A DNA stretch of 64,000 bases from an uncultured delta proteobacterium. GTDB taxonomy: Bacteria > Myxococcota > UBA727 > VGSZ01. Both the position numbers and the translations under genes were made by a program. Of this stretch, positions 51,481-61,740 are shown in pieces. The stretch is taken from assembly GCA_963775425.1 (NCBI GenBank), contig CAVZJB010000009.1:16616-80615 (forward strand). The letters are read 5' to 3'. The notes below the pieces were generated by a model. The model was not told where the DNA came from. It did no database searches and was given only the letters and a program-made list of their open reading frames with translations. How positions within the stretch are numbered: the first letter of the stretch is position 1; each line of letters begins with the position of its first letter.

Positions 51481-51780
51481 CTACTTGCACTTGGACTTGA
51501 GGAAGCTGAGCAGGCGCTGCTCGAGCTCCTCGGGCACCTGCTTCAAGAGCATGCGGCGCGCGGCCTCGGGGGCGAACTTGTACTGGCGCAGGAATGCGAT
51601 GCAGGGCGCGCACTGCGACATGTGCGATTCCACCGCGACCTTGAGCGAAGAAGGCAACTGCTCGTCGACGTAGTCCCCGAGGAGGTCCGCCACGCGGCGG
51701 CAGTCGACGTGGCCGGCGTGCTCCGCCGCCGCGGGCGAACCGCATTCCGGCTGGGCGTCGTCGTCGTCGCGCTGCGTCAT
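51481..51780 (-). CDS. Zinc-binding anti-sigma factor (ChrR/RsrA-like HxxxCxxC)
   Basis: …VESHMSQCAPCIAFLRQYK…; directly downstream of the ECF sigma gene. Confidence 0.65.
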   Translation of the reverse strand: MTQRDDDDAQPECGSPAAAEHAGHVDCRRVADLLGDYVDEQLPSSLKVAVESHMSQCAPCIAFLRQYKFAPEAARRMLLKQVPEELEQRLLSFLKSKCK

Positions 51781-51783
51781 CCG

Positions 51784-52440
51784 TCAAACCTCAGCCGGCG
51801 GCTTGCCGCGCAGCTTCTCGTCGAGGAGCTGGCGGAGCTGCAAGCGGATCCGGTGCAGGCGGCTCTTCACCGCAGGCACCGTGGTGTGGAACAGATGCGC
51901 GAGATCGTCGTGCGATGCATTGTCGATCGCTCGCATCAGCAGAAGGGCCCGATCTTCGTCCGGCAGCAGATCCAGGGACTCCTCGAGGGCGTTTTGCACC
52001 TCGCGGTCCTGCAGCGCTTCGTCCGGACGGCGGGCCCAGAGCGAAAGGGCGTCGAAAGGGGAGGTGCCGTCGGTCTCCATCTTGGGCTCGAGCTCGAGGA
52101 TGCCACCTTGCGGCTCCGGCTTCTTCTTTCGGAGCTTCATCAGCGCATGGTTGGAGGCGACACGGAAGATCCACGTCGAGAACTTGGCGTCACCGCGGAA
52201 GCCGTCGAGGTGCTGGAAGGCGGACAGGAAGGTGTCCTGCACCACCTCCTCGGCCTCGGCGGAGTTCTTGGTGAGGCCCAACGCGAGCGCGTAGACCTTG
52301 CCCTGATGCTTCTTCACCAACGCTTCGAAGGAGGCGTAGTCACCTTCACGCGCCTTGGCCACGAGCACGTCGTCGGAGGGGAGCTCGGCCGCCACGGCGC
52401 CCGACATACCTTGAACCGACGGCGTTGTCCCAGGAATCAT
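51784..52440 (-). CDS. ECF (RpoE-like) sigma-70 family RNA polymerase sigma factor
   Basis: Region 2 …VQDTFLSAFQHLDGFRGDAKFSTWIFRVASN…, region 4 …DLAHLFHTTVPAVKSRLHRIRLQL…; ATG overlaps the upstream stop (ATGA). Confidence 0.85.
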   Translation of the reverse strand: MIPGTTPSVQGMSGAVAAELPSDDVLVAKAREGDYASFEALVKKHQGKVYALALGLTKNSAEAEEVVQDTFLSAFQHLDGFRGDAKFSTWIFRVASNHALMKLRKKKPEPQGGILELEPKMETDGTSPFDALSLWARRPDEALQDREVQNALEESLDLLPDEDRALLLMRAIDNASHDDLAHLFHTTVPAVKSRLHRIRLQLRQLLDEKLRGKPPAEV

Positions 52441-53517
52441 CACTGCACGAAGAAGATCACCGCCACGCCGACAGCGAGGCCGATGACGGCGAGGATGGCC
52501 AGCACGATCAGCAGGATCTCGGCGGCGCCCAACGACCGCGGCGGGGCCTCGTCGTAGTCGTCGTCGAACGCCTCGGGCTCGGGGCCCTCGTCGTCGTCGT
52601 CGTACGCGACCGTCCCCATCGCACGACCGCCGGTGCCGGGGGCCGTGGCCGCCGAGGGCCCCGGTCCAATCTCGCGCGGCTCCTCCTGCTCCTCCGGCTC
52701 CACGTCGCCGTCGCCGGAGGCTTCGGCCTCTTCGCCGTCCTCCTCGGGGTTGCCCTCGGGCAAAGACGTCGACTCCGCCGACGTCGGCTGATCCTGGAAC
52801 GCCGGGATGTCGTCGAGCTTGCCGAGGAACTTGGCCGAGGGATCGATGAAGGTGAGCTTCATGGCCCCAAGCATGATCTCGTCGGCGTCGCGCAGCGCGA
52901 CCGGCTTGGTGATCCTGCGGTCGTTCACGACCACGCCGTTCTTGCTGCCGGCGTCCTCGACGGTGATCTCGTTCCAGTCGCGCCGGATGATGGCGTGGCG
53001 GCGGGAGACGTTGGCGTCGTTGATCTGGAAGTCGCAGTCGGTGCCGCGCCCGACCGTGGCCTCGGCGACGTCGGGGCCTATGGAGAGCTTCTTGCCCTCC
53101 TCGGGCCCGTTCATCACCCGCAAGTAGGGCATCTGGCTCGCGTCGTTGCCGATCTGGGCGAGCACCTCCTCGACCATCTTGCGCGCCAACGCCTCGGTCT
53201 TCTCGACGGAGTAGTCCTGGCTGCGCTGCTTCTCCGCGTGGAACGTGATCTTGAAGTGCACGAGCTCGATGACGTCGCCGTCGCGCATGAGCTTCTTGCC
53301 GCCCTGGCCGAGCACCTTGCCGTTGTGCTTGGTGCCGTGCGTGGACTTCGAGATCCTCGAGGTACCACTCGCGGTTGTCGCTCATCAAAATGCAGTGGGC
53401 GCGGCTCACCGTCGACAGCGGCACCTGGATGTCGTTTTGCGCGTCGCGGCCGACCGAGATGCGGTCCTGGTCGAATTCATATTCGAACTCCCTGGGGTCC
53501 TTCCCAGGGATGGACAT
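52440..53517 (-). CDS. Double-FHA-domain protein with acidic linker and C-terminal transmembrane helix; apparent 1-bp frameshift near 53330
   Basis: FHA1 split across two frames (…VSRAHCILMSDNREWYLEDL | …TKHNGKVLGQGGKKLMRDGDVIELVHFKITF), FHA2 …ATVGRGTDCDFQINDANVSRRHAIIRRD…GSKNGVVVND…; C-terminal LLIVLAILAVIGLAVGVAVIFFV. Confidence 0.6.
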
Positions 53518-53661
53518 CACCACCTGCAGCTTCACCGGCGGCATACGACGATCGGACCTCGAGAAACGGGATAGCCTATCGGGACCCGTTTGAGGAAGCC
53601 GTGACGCTGGTCGCTCCGTCCGTCGGACGCACGAGGCCCTCGGCCCGGGGGCCGGCGGCGC

Positions 53662-54804
53662 CTACTGCACCTCGAGCGCCTGCACGATGGCCTTGCAGTC
53701 GGCCACCTCGCTCTGGTCCTTGGTCTCGCCGGCGCACTCGATGAGGCCGCGGCAATTCTGCAGCGCCAGGTCCTTGTTGAGCACGCTCTTGTAGTGCTTG
53801 GCGAGCTGGTAGTGGGCCAGGCAGATGGTGTCGTCGAGCTTGAGCGCGTTTTCGCACTCGGTCACCGCCTGATCGACGAGCCCCTTGTCGAACAGCGCCA
53901 GGCAGAACCCGTAGTGGCCCTGGCCGTAGCCGGGGTTTTCGACGAGCTGGTCCATGTACTTCTTGAGCGCCTCCGACTTCATGGCGCTGCCGGCGTAGGC
54001 GCGCGGGAGCTCGCTCGAGCAGATGGGGTTGTTCTTGTTGGCGGCGAGGCACTGCACGAACTGGAAGAGGGCCTCGTCGTAGCGCCCGACCGCGAGCAGC
54101 AAGTGCGCGAGGTTGGCGCGGCAGTCGTCGCGGGAGCCGTCGAGGTCGAGGCCGCGGACGTAATACTTCTCGGCGTCGTCGATGAAGGCGCGCCGATCGT
54201 TCTCCGTCTTGGCCACCTTCTCCGCGCGGTAGCTCATGATGACGCCCATGTCGCAGTACGACTTGGCGTGGTTGGGGAACAGCTCGAACATCTTGCGGTA
54301 CTCGGTCTCCGCCTGCTTGTACGGCTCGGTGGGATCCTTGCCGTCGGCGACGTCCTGCTGCCCGACGCGCAGGTAGCTGAGCGCGAGGTTGTAACGGCCG
54401 TCCTGGAAGCGCGGATCGATCTCCACCGCGCCGGCGAAGTAGCGGGCGGCCTCCGCGTAGTGCCCGGCCTCGAACTCGAGGACGCCCATGTTGTTGCGCG
54501 GCTGCGCGGCGTCGTTGTTCTCGCGGATGGCGCGGATGTAGTACTTCTTCGCGGTCTCGACGTCGTGGCGCGCGTACCAGATGAGCCCGAACGCATTCAG
54601 GCACTCCGAGTTGCGCTCGTTGTACTCGAGGCAGAGCTGGCAGCGCGTCTCCGCCCGGTCGTAGTCCTGCGCTTCGATGTCCTTCACGCAGGCCTGCTCC
54701 TGAAGCACTTCCTGTTGGCTCTTGGCCGCGGTGTCGCCGCAGAGGGCACCGCCGAGGGCGGGGACGACGAGCAGCACCAGCAGCGGGATGTGTCGGACAT
54801 TCAT
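53662..54804 (-). CDS. Secreted TPR-repeat protein
   Basis: N-terminal signal peptide MNVRHIPLLVLLVVPALGGALC; multiple TPR-like repeats, Cys-rich. Confidence 0.8.
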   Translation of the reverse strand: MNVRHIPLLVLLVVPALGGALCGDTAAKSQQEVLQEQACVKDIEAQDYDRAETRCQLCLEYNERNSECLNAFGLIWYARHDVETAKKYYIRAIRENNDAAQPRNNMGVLEFEAGHYAEAARYFAGAVEIDPRFQDGRYNLALSYLRVGQQDVADGKDPTEPYKQAETEYRKMFELFPNHAKSYCDMGVIMSYRAEKVAKTENDRRAFIDDAEKYYVRGLDLDGSRDDCRANLAHLLLAVGRYDEALFQFVQCLAANKNNPICSSELPRAYAGSAMKSEALKKYMDQLVENPGYGQGHYGFCLALFDKGLVDQAVTECENALKLDDTICLAHYQLAKHYKSVLNKDLALQNCRGLIECAGETKDQSEVADCKAIVQALEVQ

Positions 54805-54901
54805 GGCGGCGAAGTTACCCCTGGTGGTCGGCCGTCGTCGACGGCGCCGACCCCCGCAGTATCGGGGTGCCCGCGTCCGCCGTTCCGTCTATCGTCTCCG
54901 C

Positions 54902-55216
54902 ATGCGCACGCTCACCTTCGCCGCCCTCTGCTCCGCCTTCCTCTTCACGTCGGCCGGGTGCAAGCCGGCGGGGCCGGCGTTGCCGGCGGCAGGGCCGAAC
55001 GCCGTGGAGATGGAGGTGACGTCCAAGCCCGAGGGCGCCACCGTCGTCGTCGACGGCTCCGCGCTCGGCAAGACCCCGGTGAAGGTGAAGCTCAACCCCG
55101 GGCCGCACCGCGCGCGCGCCTCGATGAGCGGCTACTACCCGCCGCCGGAGGCGCGCTTCCAGGTCGGCGCGGGCGAGCCGACGACGATCACGATCCCGCT
55201 CATGGCCTCTCATTGA
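54902..55216 (+). CDS. PEGA-domain lipoprotein
   Basis: Lipoprotein signal MRTLTFAALCSAFLFTSAGC; PEGA motif …SKPEGATVVVDGSALGKTP…; stop overlaps the priA start. Confidence 0.65.
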   Translation: MRTLTFAALCSAFLFTSAGCKPAGPALPAAGPNAVEMEVTSKPEGATVVVDGSALGKTPVKVKLNPGPHRARASMSGYYPPPEARFQVGAGEPTTITIPLMASH

Positions 55217-57762
55217 TCGCAGACGTCGCCGTCCCCGTCGCAGGCATCGACGACGCGCTCAGCTACCTCGTCCCCGCCGCGCTCTCCGCTCGCGTCCGCC
55301 GCGGGGCGCGGGTGTTGGTCCCCGTGGGGGCGCGACGCCTCGTGGGCCTCGTCATCGCCGTGCGCGACGTCGCCGCGAGGGCCACCAAGCCGCTCCTCGA
55401 GGTCCTCGACGACGAGCCGGTGGTCGACGCGAAGCAGCTCGCGTTGATGCGCTTCGTGTCGACCTACTACGCCGCCGAGATCGGCCTGTGCGCGCGCCTG
55501 GTGATGCCGCCGGGCACGGAGACCGCCGTCGAGCGGCGCTTTCAGCTCACCGAGCAAGGGGAGCGCGCGCGCGTCCTCTCCGGCGACCTCAACCGCCACG
55601 ACATCGCTTTGCTCGAGGCGTTCGGCGCCGGGGAGCGCAAGCGCGAGCGCGCGTTCACGCGACCGCAGCGCGAGCGCCTGCACAAGCTCGTCGCCCGCGG
55701 TCTCGTCGAGCAGGTCGCCGACGAGAAGGCGGCGAGCGCCGTGCGCTTCGACGAGCGCCTCGTCGCCGTCGACAGAGGCGCCGACGGCGCGCTGCCGAAA
55801 GGGGCGCCCGCGCTCGCCGCCTTCGACGCCTGGCTGCGCGCCGCGGGGCCGTCGACGATGGCGCAGGCGCAGGCGGCGCACGCGAACGCCCGCGGCAAGG
55901 CCAAGCGCCTCGAGGCCCTCGGGCGCCTGCGCATCGAGCGCACCATCGCCGCCGGACAGGCGCACGCCGGCGTCGCCGCCAAGGCGCCGGCGTCCACGCT
56001 CACCGACGCGCAGCGCGTCGCCGTCGCTCGCATCACCGCGGCGCTCGACGACGCGCCGCCGTCGAGGACCGCCGACGACGGGCCCGCCGCGCCGGCGCCC
56101 ACGGGCCCGCCGCCGTCCTTGTCGGCGGCGACGAGAGAGCCTGCGGCGTTCCTCCTCGAGGGCGTCACGGGCTCGGGCAAGACCGAGGTCTACCTCCGCG
56201 CGCTCGGCGCCTGCCTCGCCAAGGGCCGCGGCGCGGTGCTCATCGTCCCCGAGATCGGCCTCACCCCGCAGCTCGTCGGCCGCGTCCAGGCCGCCCTCGA
56301 GGGCCCGCCGTCGCTCGTCGTGTTGCACTCCGGGGTCTCCCTCGCCGAGCGCCGCGACGCCCACGCGCGCCTGCGCGCCGGCACCGCCCGCGTCGTCGTC
56401 GGCGCGCGCTCGGCGCTGTTCGCCCCGGTGCAGGACCTCGGCCTCGTCGTCGTCGACGAGGAGCACGACGCGAGCCTCAAGCAGGACGAGGCGCCGCGCT
56501 ACCACGCCCGCGACGTCGCCCTGTGGCGCGCGAAGAACGAGGGCGCCGTCTGCGTGCTCGGCTCCGCCACGCCTTCGTTGGAGAGCCGTCACAACGCCAT
56601 GCGCAAAAAGCTCGAGCTCCTCGAGCTCCCGGCGCGGGTCGGCGGCGGCGGCGCCCTCCCGGTCGTCGAGGTCGTCGACCTCCGCGCGCGCGCGGGCGTC
56701 GCCGAGGCCAACAAGCGCGACCGCATGAACGCGGACGAGGGGCCCGGCGTCGTCCTGTCGGCGCCGCTCGTCGAGGCCATGGGCGAGGCCCTCGGCGACG
56801 GCGATCAGGTGCTCCTCTTTCTGAACAAGCGCGGCTACGCGTCCGCCGTCCTGTGCGAGATGTGCGGCCACATCGAGACCTGCCCGAACTGCTCGGTGAC
56901 CCTGACGCTGCACCGCCGCAGGAACGTCCTCGTCTGCCACCAGTGCGACCACGAGCACCTCGTGCCCGCCACCTGCACCGACTGCGGCAACGACGCGCTG
57001 CTCCGCCTCGGCCTCGGCACCGAGCGGCTCGAGGGCGAGGTGCGCGCGCGCTTCCCCGACGCCCGCGTCGCCCGCCTCGACCGCGACAGCACCCGCAGGC
57101 GCGGCGCCCTCGAGGAGGTGCTCGCCGCCGTCCATGGCCGCACCGTCGACATCGTCGTCGGCACCCAGATGATCGCCAAGGGCCACGACTTCCCCGGCGT
57201 GCGCCTGGTCGGCGTCGTGCTCGCCGACATCGCCCTCGCCATGCCCGACTTTCGCGCCGCGGAGCGCGCGTTCGCGCTGCTGGCCCAGGTCGCCGGCCGC
57301 GCCGGCCGCGGCGACAAGCGCGGCCGCGTCGTCGTGCAGACCTACAAGCCGGAGGCGCCCGCGGTGGCGTTCGCGGTCACCCACGACGTCAAGGGCTTCG
57401 CCGCGCAGGAGCTCGCCGAGCGCGAGCTGCACCGCTACCCGCCGTTTTCGCGCGCGGTGCTGTTTCGCGTGGAGCACGAGGACGCGTCGGCGACCGCGCG
57501 GCTCGCGTCCGACGTGCAGGCGCGGGTGTCGGCGGCGGCGGCGGCGCTGCCGAAGGGATCGTGGAGCGCCCTGGGGCCCGCGCCCTGCGCGCTCGAGCGC
57601 CTCCAGGGGCGCACCCGCTGGCAGGTCTTCGTGCGCACGCAGAGCGCGGCCCACCGGGCCGGGCTCATCGAGGCCGTCCGGCGCGACGAGGGGCTCGCCC
57701 GCGATCTGAGGCGCCAGCGGGCGCGGCTCGTCATCGACGTGGATCCGGTGCACCTGCTGTAG
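55213..57762 (+). CDS. priA: Primosomal protein N' (PriA replication-restart helicase); TTG start inferred
   Basis: N-terminal …VAVPVAGIDDALSYLVP…RVLVPVGARRLVGLV, Walker A GVTGSGKTEVY, DEEHD, zinc-finger CxxC…CxxC…CxxC…CxxC, GTQM(I)AKGHDFP. Confidence 0.9.
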   Translation: MIADVAVPVAGIDDALSYLVPAALSARVRRGARVLVPVGARRLVGLVIAVRDVAARATKPLLEVLDDEPVVDAKQLALMRFVSTYYAAEIGLCARLVMPPGTETAVERRFQLTEQGERARVLSGDLNRHDIALLEAFGAGERKRERAFTRPQRERLHKLVARGLVEQVADEKAASAVRFDERLVAVDRGADGALPKGAPALAAFDAWLRAAGPSTMAQAQAAHANARGKAKRLEALGRLRIERTIAAGQAHAGVAAKAPASTLTDAQRVAVARITAALDDAPPSRTADDGPAAPAPTGPPPSLSAATREPAAFLLEGVTGSGKTEVYLRALGACLAKGRGAVLIVPEIGLTPQLVGRVQAALEGPPSLVVLHSGVSLAERRDAHARLRAGTARVVVGARSALFAPVQDLGLVVVDEEHDASLKQDEAPRYHARDVALWRAKNEGAVCVLGSATPSLESRHNAMRKKLELLELPARVGGGGALPVVEVVDLRARAGVAEANKRDRMNADEGPGVVLSAPLVEAMGEALGDGDQVLLFLNKRGYASAVLCEMCGHIETCPNCSVTLTLHRRRNVLVCHQCDHEHLVPATCTDCGNDALLRLGLGTERLEGEVRARFPDARVARLDRDSTRRRGALEEVLAAVHGRTVDIVVGTQMIAKGHDFPGVRLVGVVLADIALAMPDFRAAERAFALLAQVAGRAGRGDKRGRVVVQTYKPEAPAVAFAVTHDVKGFAAQELAERELHRYPPFSRAVLFRVEHEDASATARLASDVQARVSAAAAALPKGSWSALGPAPCALERLQGRTRWQVFVRTQSAAHRAGLIEAVRRDEGLARDLRRQRARLVIDVDPVHLL

Positions 57763-57858
57763 GCCGGTCTCCGGAAAAGGCAAGCGCGACCCAGGCGGCG
57801 TCGCCCGCGGTGGAGAATTTGCTCCGGCCGGTGGGGCGCGGAATCCTCCCCGCGAACC

Positions 57859-60800
57859 ATGGCAACCCGCGTCCTCGTCGTGACGACCCGCACGGCCTTT
57901 GCCGAGGCCTTGTCCGTCGCGTTGCGCGCGAGCGACCTCGACTACGTCGGCGCCCGCGGCGGCGATGACGCCGTCGCCTCCTTGCGCGACGACGGCGTGC
58001 CGAGCGCCGTGGTGGTCGACCTCGTCACCACGCCCGAAGAGGCTTCGGGCCTGTGCGACGCCGTGCGCGCCTACGACGAGGGCGCGCAAGTGCCGGTGAT
58101 CTTCTGCGGCACCGGCGCGCAGGACATCAAGTCCACCACCGACGCGCTGATCGTCGGCGGCGACGGCTACTTCCAGATGCCCATCGAGGCCGCCAAGGTC
58201 GTGGCCAAGATCGCGACCTACGTGGGCTGCCCGGTGCCCGAGCTGCCGTCGACGCTCATGCTCAGCGGCGACGACGAGGAGCGCACCGTGGTGCAGCAGG
58301 CCGGGGCGCCGCGCGCGGTGTCCCTGGACGACGACGAGGGCGTGCAGCCGAACCTCGACGACATCACCGACGCCATGGCCGCGCGGGCCGTCGCCGACGC
58401 CATCGAGACCGCGCGCAGCGGCGAGGGCCGCACGCTCTCCGACCAGGCGCCGGCGACGGGCGCCGAGGCCCCCGACGACATGCCGCGCCGCCCGACGCTG
58501 CGCGTGGACCTGACGCCGGCGGCGCAGGCGGAGGCGCGGCGCGCGCAAGAGGAGCAGCGGCGCCTCGAGGAGGAGGGGCTGCGGGAGGCGGAGGAGGAGG
58601 CGCGCGAGGAGGCCGAGGCCGAGGCGGCGCGCGAGCAGGCCGAGGAGGCGCGCAAGGAGGCGGAGGAGGAGGCGCGCAAGGAGGCCGAGGCCGAGGAGGC
58701 GCGCGAGGAGGCCGAGGCCGAGGAGGCGCGCAAGGAGGCCGAGGCCGAGGAGGCCAGGGCGATCGAGGAGGCCCAGCGCGTCGCCGAGCAGGAGGCGCTC
58801 GAGGCCGCCGAGGCAGAGGCGCACCGCGAGGCGGAGGAACAGGCCCGCCGCGCCGCCGAGGAAGAGGCGCGCCAGGCGCTCGAGGAGGCGGCGCGCCAGG
58901 CGGAGACCGCCCGGGCCAAGGCCGAGGAGGAGCGCGGGCGCCTGGAGGAGCTCGCCAGGAAGCGCGAGGCCGCGGAGCGCGAAGCCGAGCGCGCCGTCGA
59001 AGAGGCGCAGCGGCGCGGCGCCGAGGAGCAGGCGCGCCTGCTCGCGCTCGAGATGCAGCGCGCGCAGGCCGAGCTCGAAGCCGAGCGCGCCGCCGCCGCG
59101 GTCGCCGCGCGCGCCGAGGAGGAGCGCCGGCGGCTCGAGGAGCTCGAGGACAAGCGGCGCGAGGCCGAGGAGGCCGCGGCGCGCGCCAAGGAGGGCGCGG
59201 CGGCGCAGGAGCAGGCGGAGATGGCCCGGCTCGAGGAGCTCGAGCAGCGCCGTCGCGAGGCCGAGGAGGCCGCGGCGCGCGCGGCGGCCGCCATGGCGGA
59301 GCGCGAGCGCGAGGAGCACGAGCGCCTCGAGGAGCTCGAGCAGCGCCGCCGCGCGGCCGAGGAGGCCGCGGCGCGCGCCCACGAGGAGGCGGCGGCGCGC
59401 GCGGAGGCGGAGCGCTCGCGGCTCGAGGAGCTCGAAGACAAAAGGCGCGAGGCCGAGGAGGCCGCGGCGCGCGCGGTGGAGCAGGCGGCGCACCGGGAGA
59501 ACGAGGAGAAGGCGCGGCTCGAGGAGCTGGAGCGCGCGCGCCGCGAGGCCGAGGAGGCGTCGCAGCGCGTGCTCGCCGACGCCGCCCGCCGCGAGCAAGA
59601 GGAGAAGGAGCGGCTGGTGGCGCTGATGCGCCGGCGCGAGGCCGCCGAGGAGGAGGCCCAGGCGGCGCTCGCGCAGATGGCCGAGCGGGAGGTGGCTGCG
59701 CGCGCCGCCCTCGAGGAGACCGCGCACCGCGCCGCCGACGAGCGCGCGCGCCTCGACGAGCTCGAGCAGTTGCGGAAGGACGCCGAGGACGAGGCCGAGC
59801 GCGCGCTCGGCGAGACCGAGGCGCGCGCCCAGCTCGCGCGCGCGTCGCTCGAGGAGGCCGAGCGGCGCGAGGCCGAGGTGCGCGCGCGCCTCGCCGACAT
59901 CGAAGCGCGCCGCGCCGAGACGGAAGACGAGGCGCGCCGCGCTGCCGAGGAGGCGAGCGAGAAGGAAGCGAAGACGCGCGCGCGGCTCACGGAGCTCGAG
60001 GCCGAGCGCGTGCGCTCCACCGAGGAGGCCGCGCGCGTCGCGGAGCAGGCGCGCGCGTTCGAGGAGAAGGAGCGCGCGCGCATCGCCGAGCTCGAGAAGG
60101 AGCGGGCCCGCGTCGAGGAAGAGGCGCGGCGCGAGCGGGCCGCCGCCGAGGCGCGCGCCGACGAGGAGCGCAGCCGTCTGGCCGCCGCCGAAGAGGAGCG
60201 CGAGCGCATCGAGCGCGAGATGCGCGCGGCCATCGAGGAGAAGGAGCGCGCGCTCGCCATCGAGGAGGAGCGCCTGGTCGCGCTCCAGCGCGCGCGCAGC
60301 GAGGCCGAAAACGCCGCCGTGCGCGAAGCCGAGGACCGCGCCCGCCGCGAGGCCGACGCCGAGGAGCGGCTGCAGGAGGCGCGCCGCCTGCGCGCGCAGA
60401 TCGAGGAGGAGGCCGCCGTCGAGATGGAGCGGCTGGCCCGTATGCGCGCCGAGGAGGAGCTCGCGCGCCGAGAGCTCGAGGAGCGCCGCACGCGCGCGCG
60501 GCTGAGCTTCCAGACCGGGCGGCTCGACGCCGTCCCCACGGGGCTCCCCACGGGCGCCTCCGACGTCGGCGCGGAGCGCCGGCCTTCGAGCGACGACGAG
60601 GGGATGGTCGCGGGCGGCGGCCTGTTGCCGTTTGTCCCCGTCGACGCCGAGCCGCCGCCGCCGCCGCCGTTCGTGCCGCTGGAGCCGGCGCAGGGGCGCT
60701 TCGTCGAGGGAGAGCTGCCGGCGCTTCTGTGGGCCTGCCATCACCTGAAGGTCACCGGCGTCGTCGACGTCGGCCTCGACGACGGCCGCACGCGCTCGCT

Positions 60801-61740
60801 CTTCCTCGAGGAGGGCGAACCGGTGTTGGTGGTGTCGGCGCTGCCGGCGGATCGGGCCGAGGAGGGCCTGCTGCGCGCCGGCCTCATCACCGCGAGCCGC
60901 TACAACGAGATGCGCGCGGGGCCGCTGCGCTCGCCGCGGCGGGCTGCGGCGGTGTTGGTGGCGGAGCACGAGCTGAAGACGGAGGAGCTGTTCCCTGCGG
61001 TGCGCGGCGTGCTCACCGAGCAGGTGCTCTCGCTCCTCGAGCACGACGCGGGCACGTTCAACTACCGTGAAGAGCACGCCCACGCCGCCGATCGGGTGCG
61101 CCTCGAGCACTCGCTCGACGCGCTCCTCGCGGAGGGCGTGCGGCGCAAGTTCGACGAGCGCCGCCTGTGGTTCGTCCTCGGCGGGCCCGCGTCGCTCATC
61201 GCGCCGGACGCGCGAGTGAGCGCGCTGCCGCCGCTGTCGCCCGAGGAGAAGCTGGCGCTCGCGCGCCTCGACGGCACGCGCTCCCTCGAGGACGTCATCC
61301 TCGAGACCGGCATCGCGTCGCCGGTGGTGCTGCGCACGGCGCTCATCGCGCTTTCGTGCGGCGGCGCGCGCATGCTGGCGCGCGGCATCCCGGCGGATCC
61401 GGCGGAGCGGGCGGCGGCGCGCGATCGCTCGGTGGCCATCGACCGCGCGCGCATCCTCGACCGCCTGCGGGCGGCGCGGCAGGGCGACTACTTCACCTTC
61501 CTCGGCGTCGACCTGCACGCGTCGCCCTTCGAGGTGCAGCGCGCGGCTGAGCGCATCCGCCAGCGCTACGACCCGCAGCGCTTCATGGACCCCGCGTTTT
61601 CGGACCTCCACGCCGCGCTGAAGGAGATCGGCGAGGTGACGTTCGACGCGGAGGCGGTCCTCGGCGACGACGCCCTCGCCGACGGTTACCGCAAGAACCT
61701 CCTCGGCCAGCTCACGCCTCGCGCCAAGCGCCGCGCCTGA
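57859..61740 (+). CDS. 1293-aa multidomain protein: N-terminal receiver-like domain, ~650-aa E/A/R-rich coiled coil, DUF4388-like domain, C-terminal degenerate J-domain-like region
   Basis: Receiver-like MATRVLVVTTRTAFAEAL…; repeats RLEELE(Q/D)(R/K)RREAEEAAARA; DUF4388-like GELPALLWACHHLKVTGVVDV…; J-like DYFTFLGVDLHASPFEVQRAAERIRQRYDP. Confidence 0.8.
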   Translation: MATRVLVVTTRTAFAEALSVALRASDLDYVGARGGDDAVASLRDDGVPSAVVVDLVTTPEEASGLCDAVRAYDEGAQVPVIFCGTGAQDIKSTTDALIVGGDGYFQMPIEAAKVVAKIATYVGCPVPELPSTLMLSGDDEERTVVQQAGAPRAVSLDDDEGVQPNLDDITDAMAARAVADAIETARSGEGRTLSDQAPATGAEAPDDMPRRPTLRVDLTPAAQAEARRAQEEQRRLEEEGLREAEEEAREEAEAEAAREQAEEARKEAEEEARKEAEAEEAREEAEAEEARKEAEAEEARAIEEAQRVAEQEALEAAEAEAHREAEEQARRAAEEEARQALEEAARQAETARAKAEEERGRLEELARKREAAEREAERAVEEAQRRGAEEQARLLALEMQRAQAELEAERAAAAVAARAEEERRRLEELEDKRREAEEAAARAKEGAAAQEQAEMARLEELEQRRREAEEAAARAAAAMAEREREEHERLEELEQRRRAAEEAAARAHEEAAARAEAERSRLEELEDKRREAEEAAARAVEQAAHRENEEKARLEELERARREAEEASQRVLADAARREQEEKERLVALMRRREAAEEEAQAALAQMAEREVAARAALEETAHRAADERARLDELEQLRKDAEDEAERALGETEARAQLARASLEEAERREAEVRARLADIEARRAETEDEARRAAEEASEKEAKTRARLTELEAERVRSTEEAARVAEQARAFEEKERARIAELEKERARVEEEARRERAAAEARADEERSRLAAAEEERERIEREMRAAIEEKERALAIEEERLVALQRARSEAENAAVREAEDRARREADAEERLQEARRLRAQIEEEAAVEMERLARMRAEEELARRELEERRTRARLSFQTGRLDAVPTGLPTGASDVGAERRPSSDDEGMVAGGGLLPFVPVDAEPPPPPPFVPLEPAQGRFVEGELPALLWACHHLKVTGVVDVGLDDGRTRSLFLEEGEPVLVVSALPADRAEEGLLRAGLITASRYNEMRAGPLRSPRRAAAVLVAEHELKTEELFPAVRGVLTEQVLSLLEHDAGTFNYREEHAHAADRVRLEHSLDALLAEGVRRKFDERRLWFVLGGPASLIAPDARVSALPPLSPEEKLALARLDGTRSLEDVILETGIASPVVLRTALIALSCGGARMLARGIPADPAERAAARDRSVAIDRARILDRLRAARQGDYFTFLGVDLHASPFEVQRAAERIRQRYDPQRFMDPAFSDLHAALKEIGEVTFDAEAVLGDDALADGYRKNLLGQLTPRAKRRA
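58550..60480 (+). repeat. In-frame tandem nucleotide repeats (~90-bp units, GAG/GCC/CGC-rich) encoding the E/A/R coiled coil
   Basis: Recurrent cggctcgaggagctcga[gc]…cgcgaggccgaggaggccgcggcgcgcgc blocks at ~59120, 59225, 59320, 59415, 59510. Confidence 0.6.

Noticed and set aside
50384-51673. 429-aa plus ORF and overlapping 50594..51070 minus ORF around the tRNA-proximal region
   Set aside because: R/G/P-rich junk; only 50877-51425 has protein-like composition.
51784-53544. 586-aa ORF fusing FHA N-terminus, junk and ECF sigma
   Set aside because: The middle is R/G-rich junk; the real genes are the ECF sigma (51784-52440) and a frameshifted FHA-TM gene (52440-53517).
58550-60480. Possible CRISPR array (regular GC-rich repeats)
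   Set aside because: The repeats are in-frame codons of a coiled-coil protein (no unique spacers, no cas genes); not a CRISPR.
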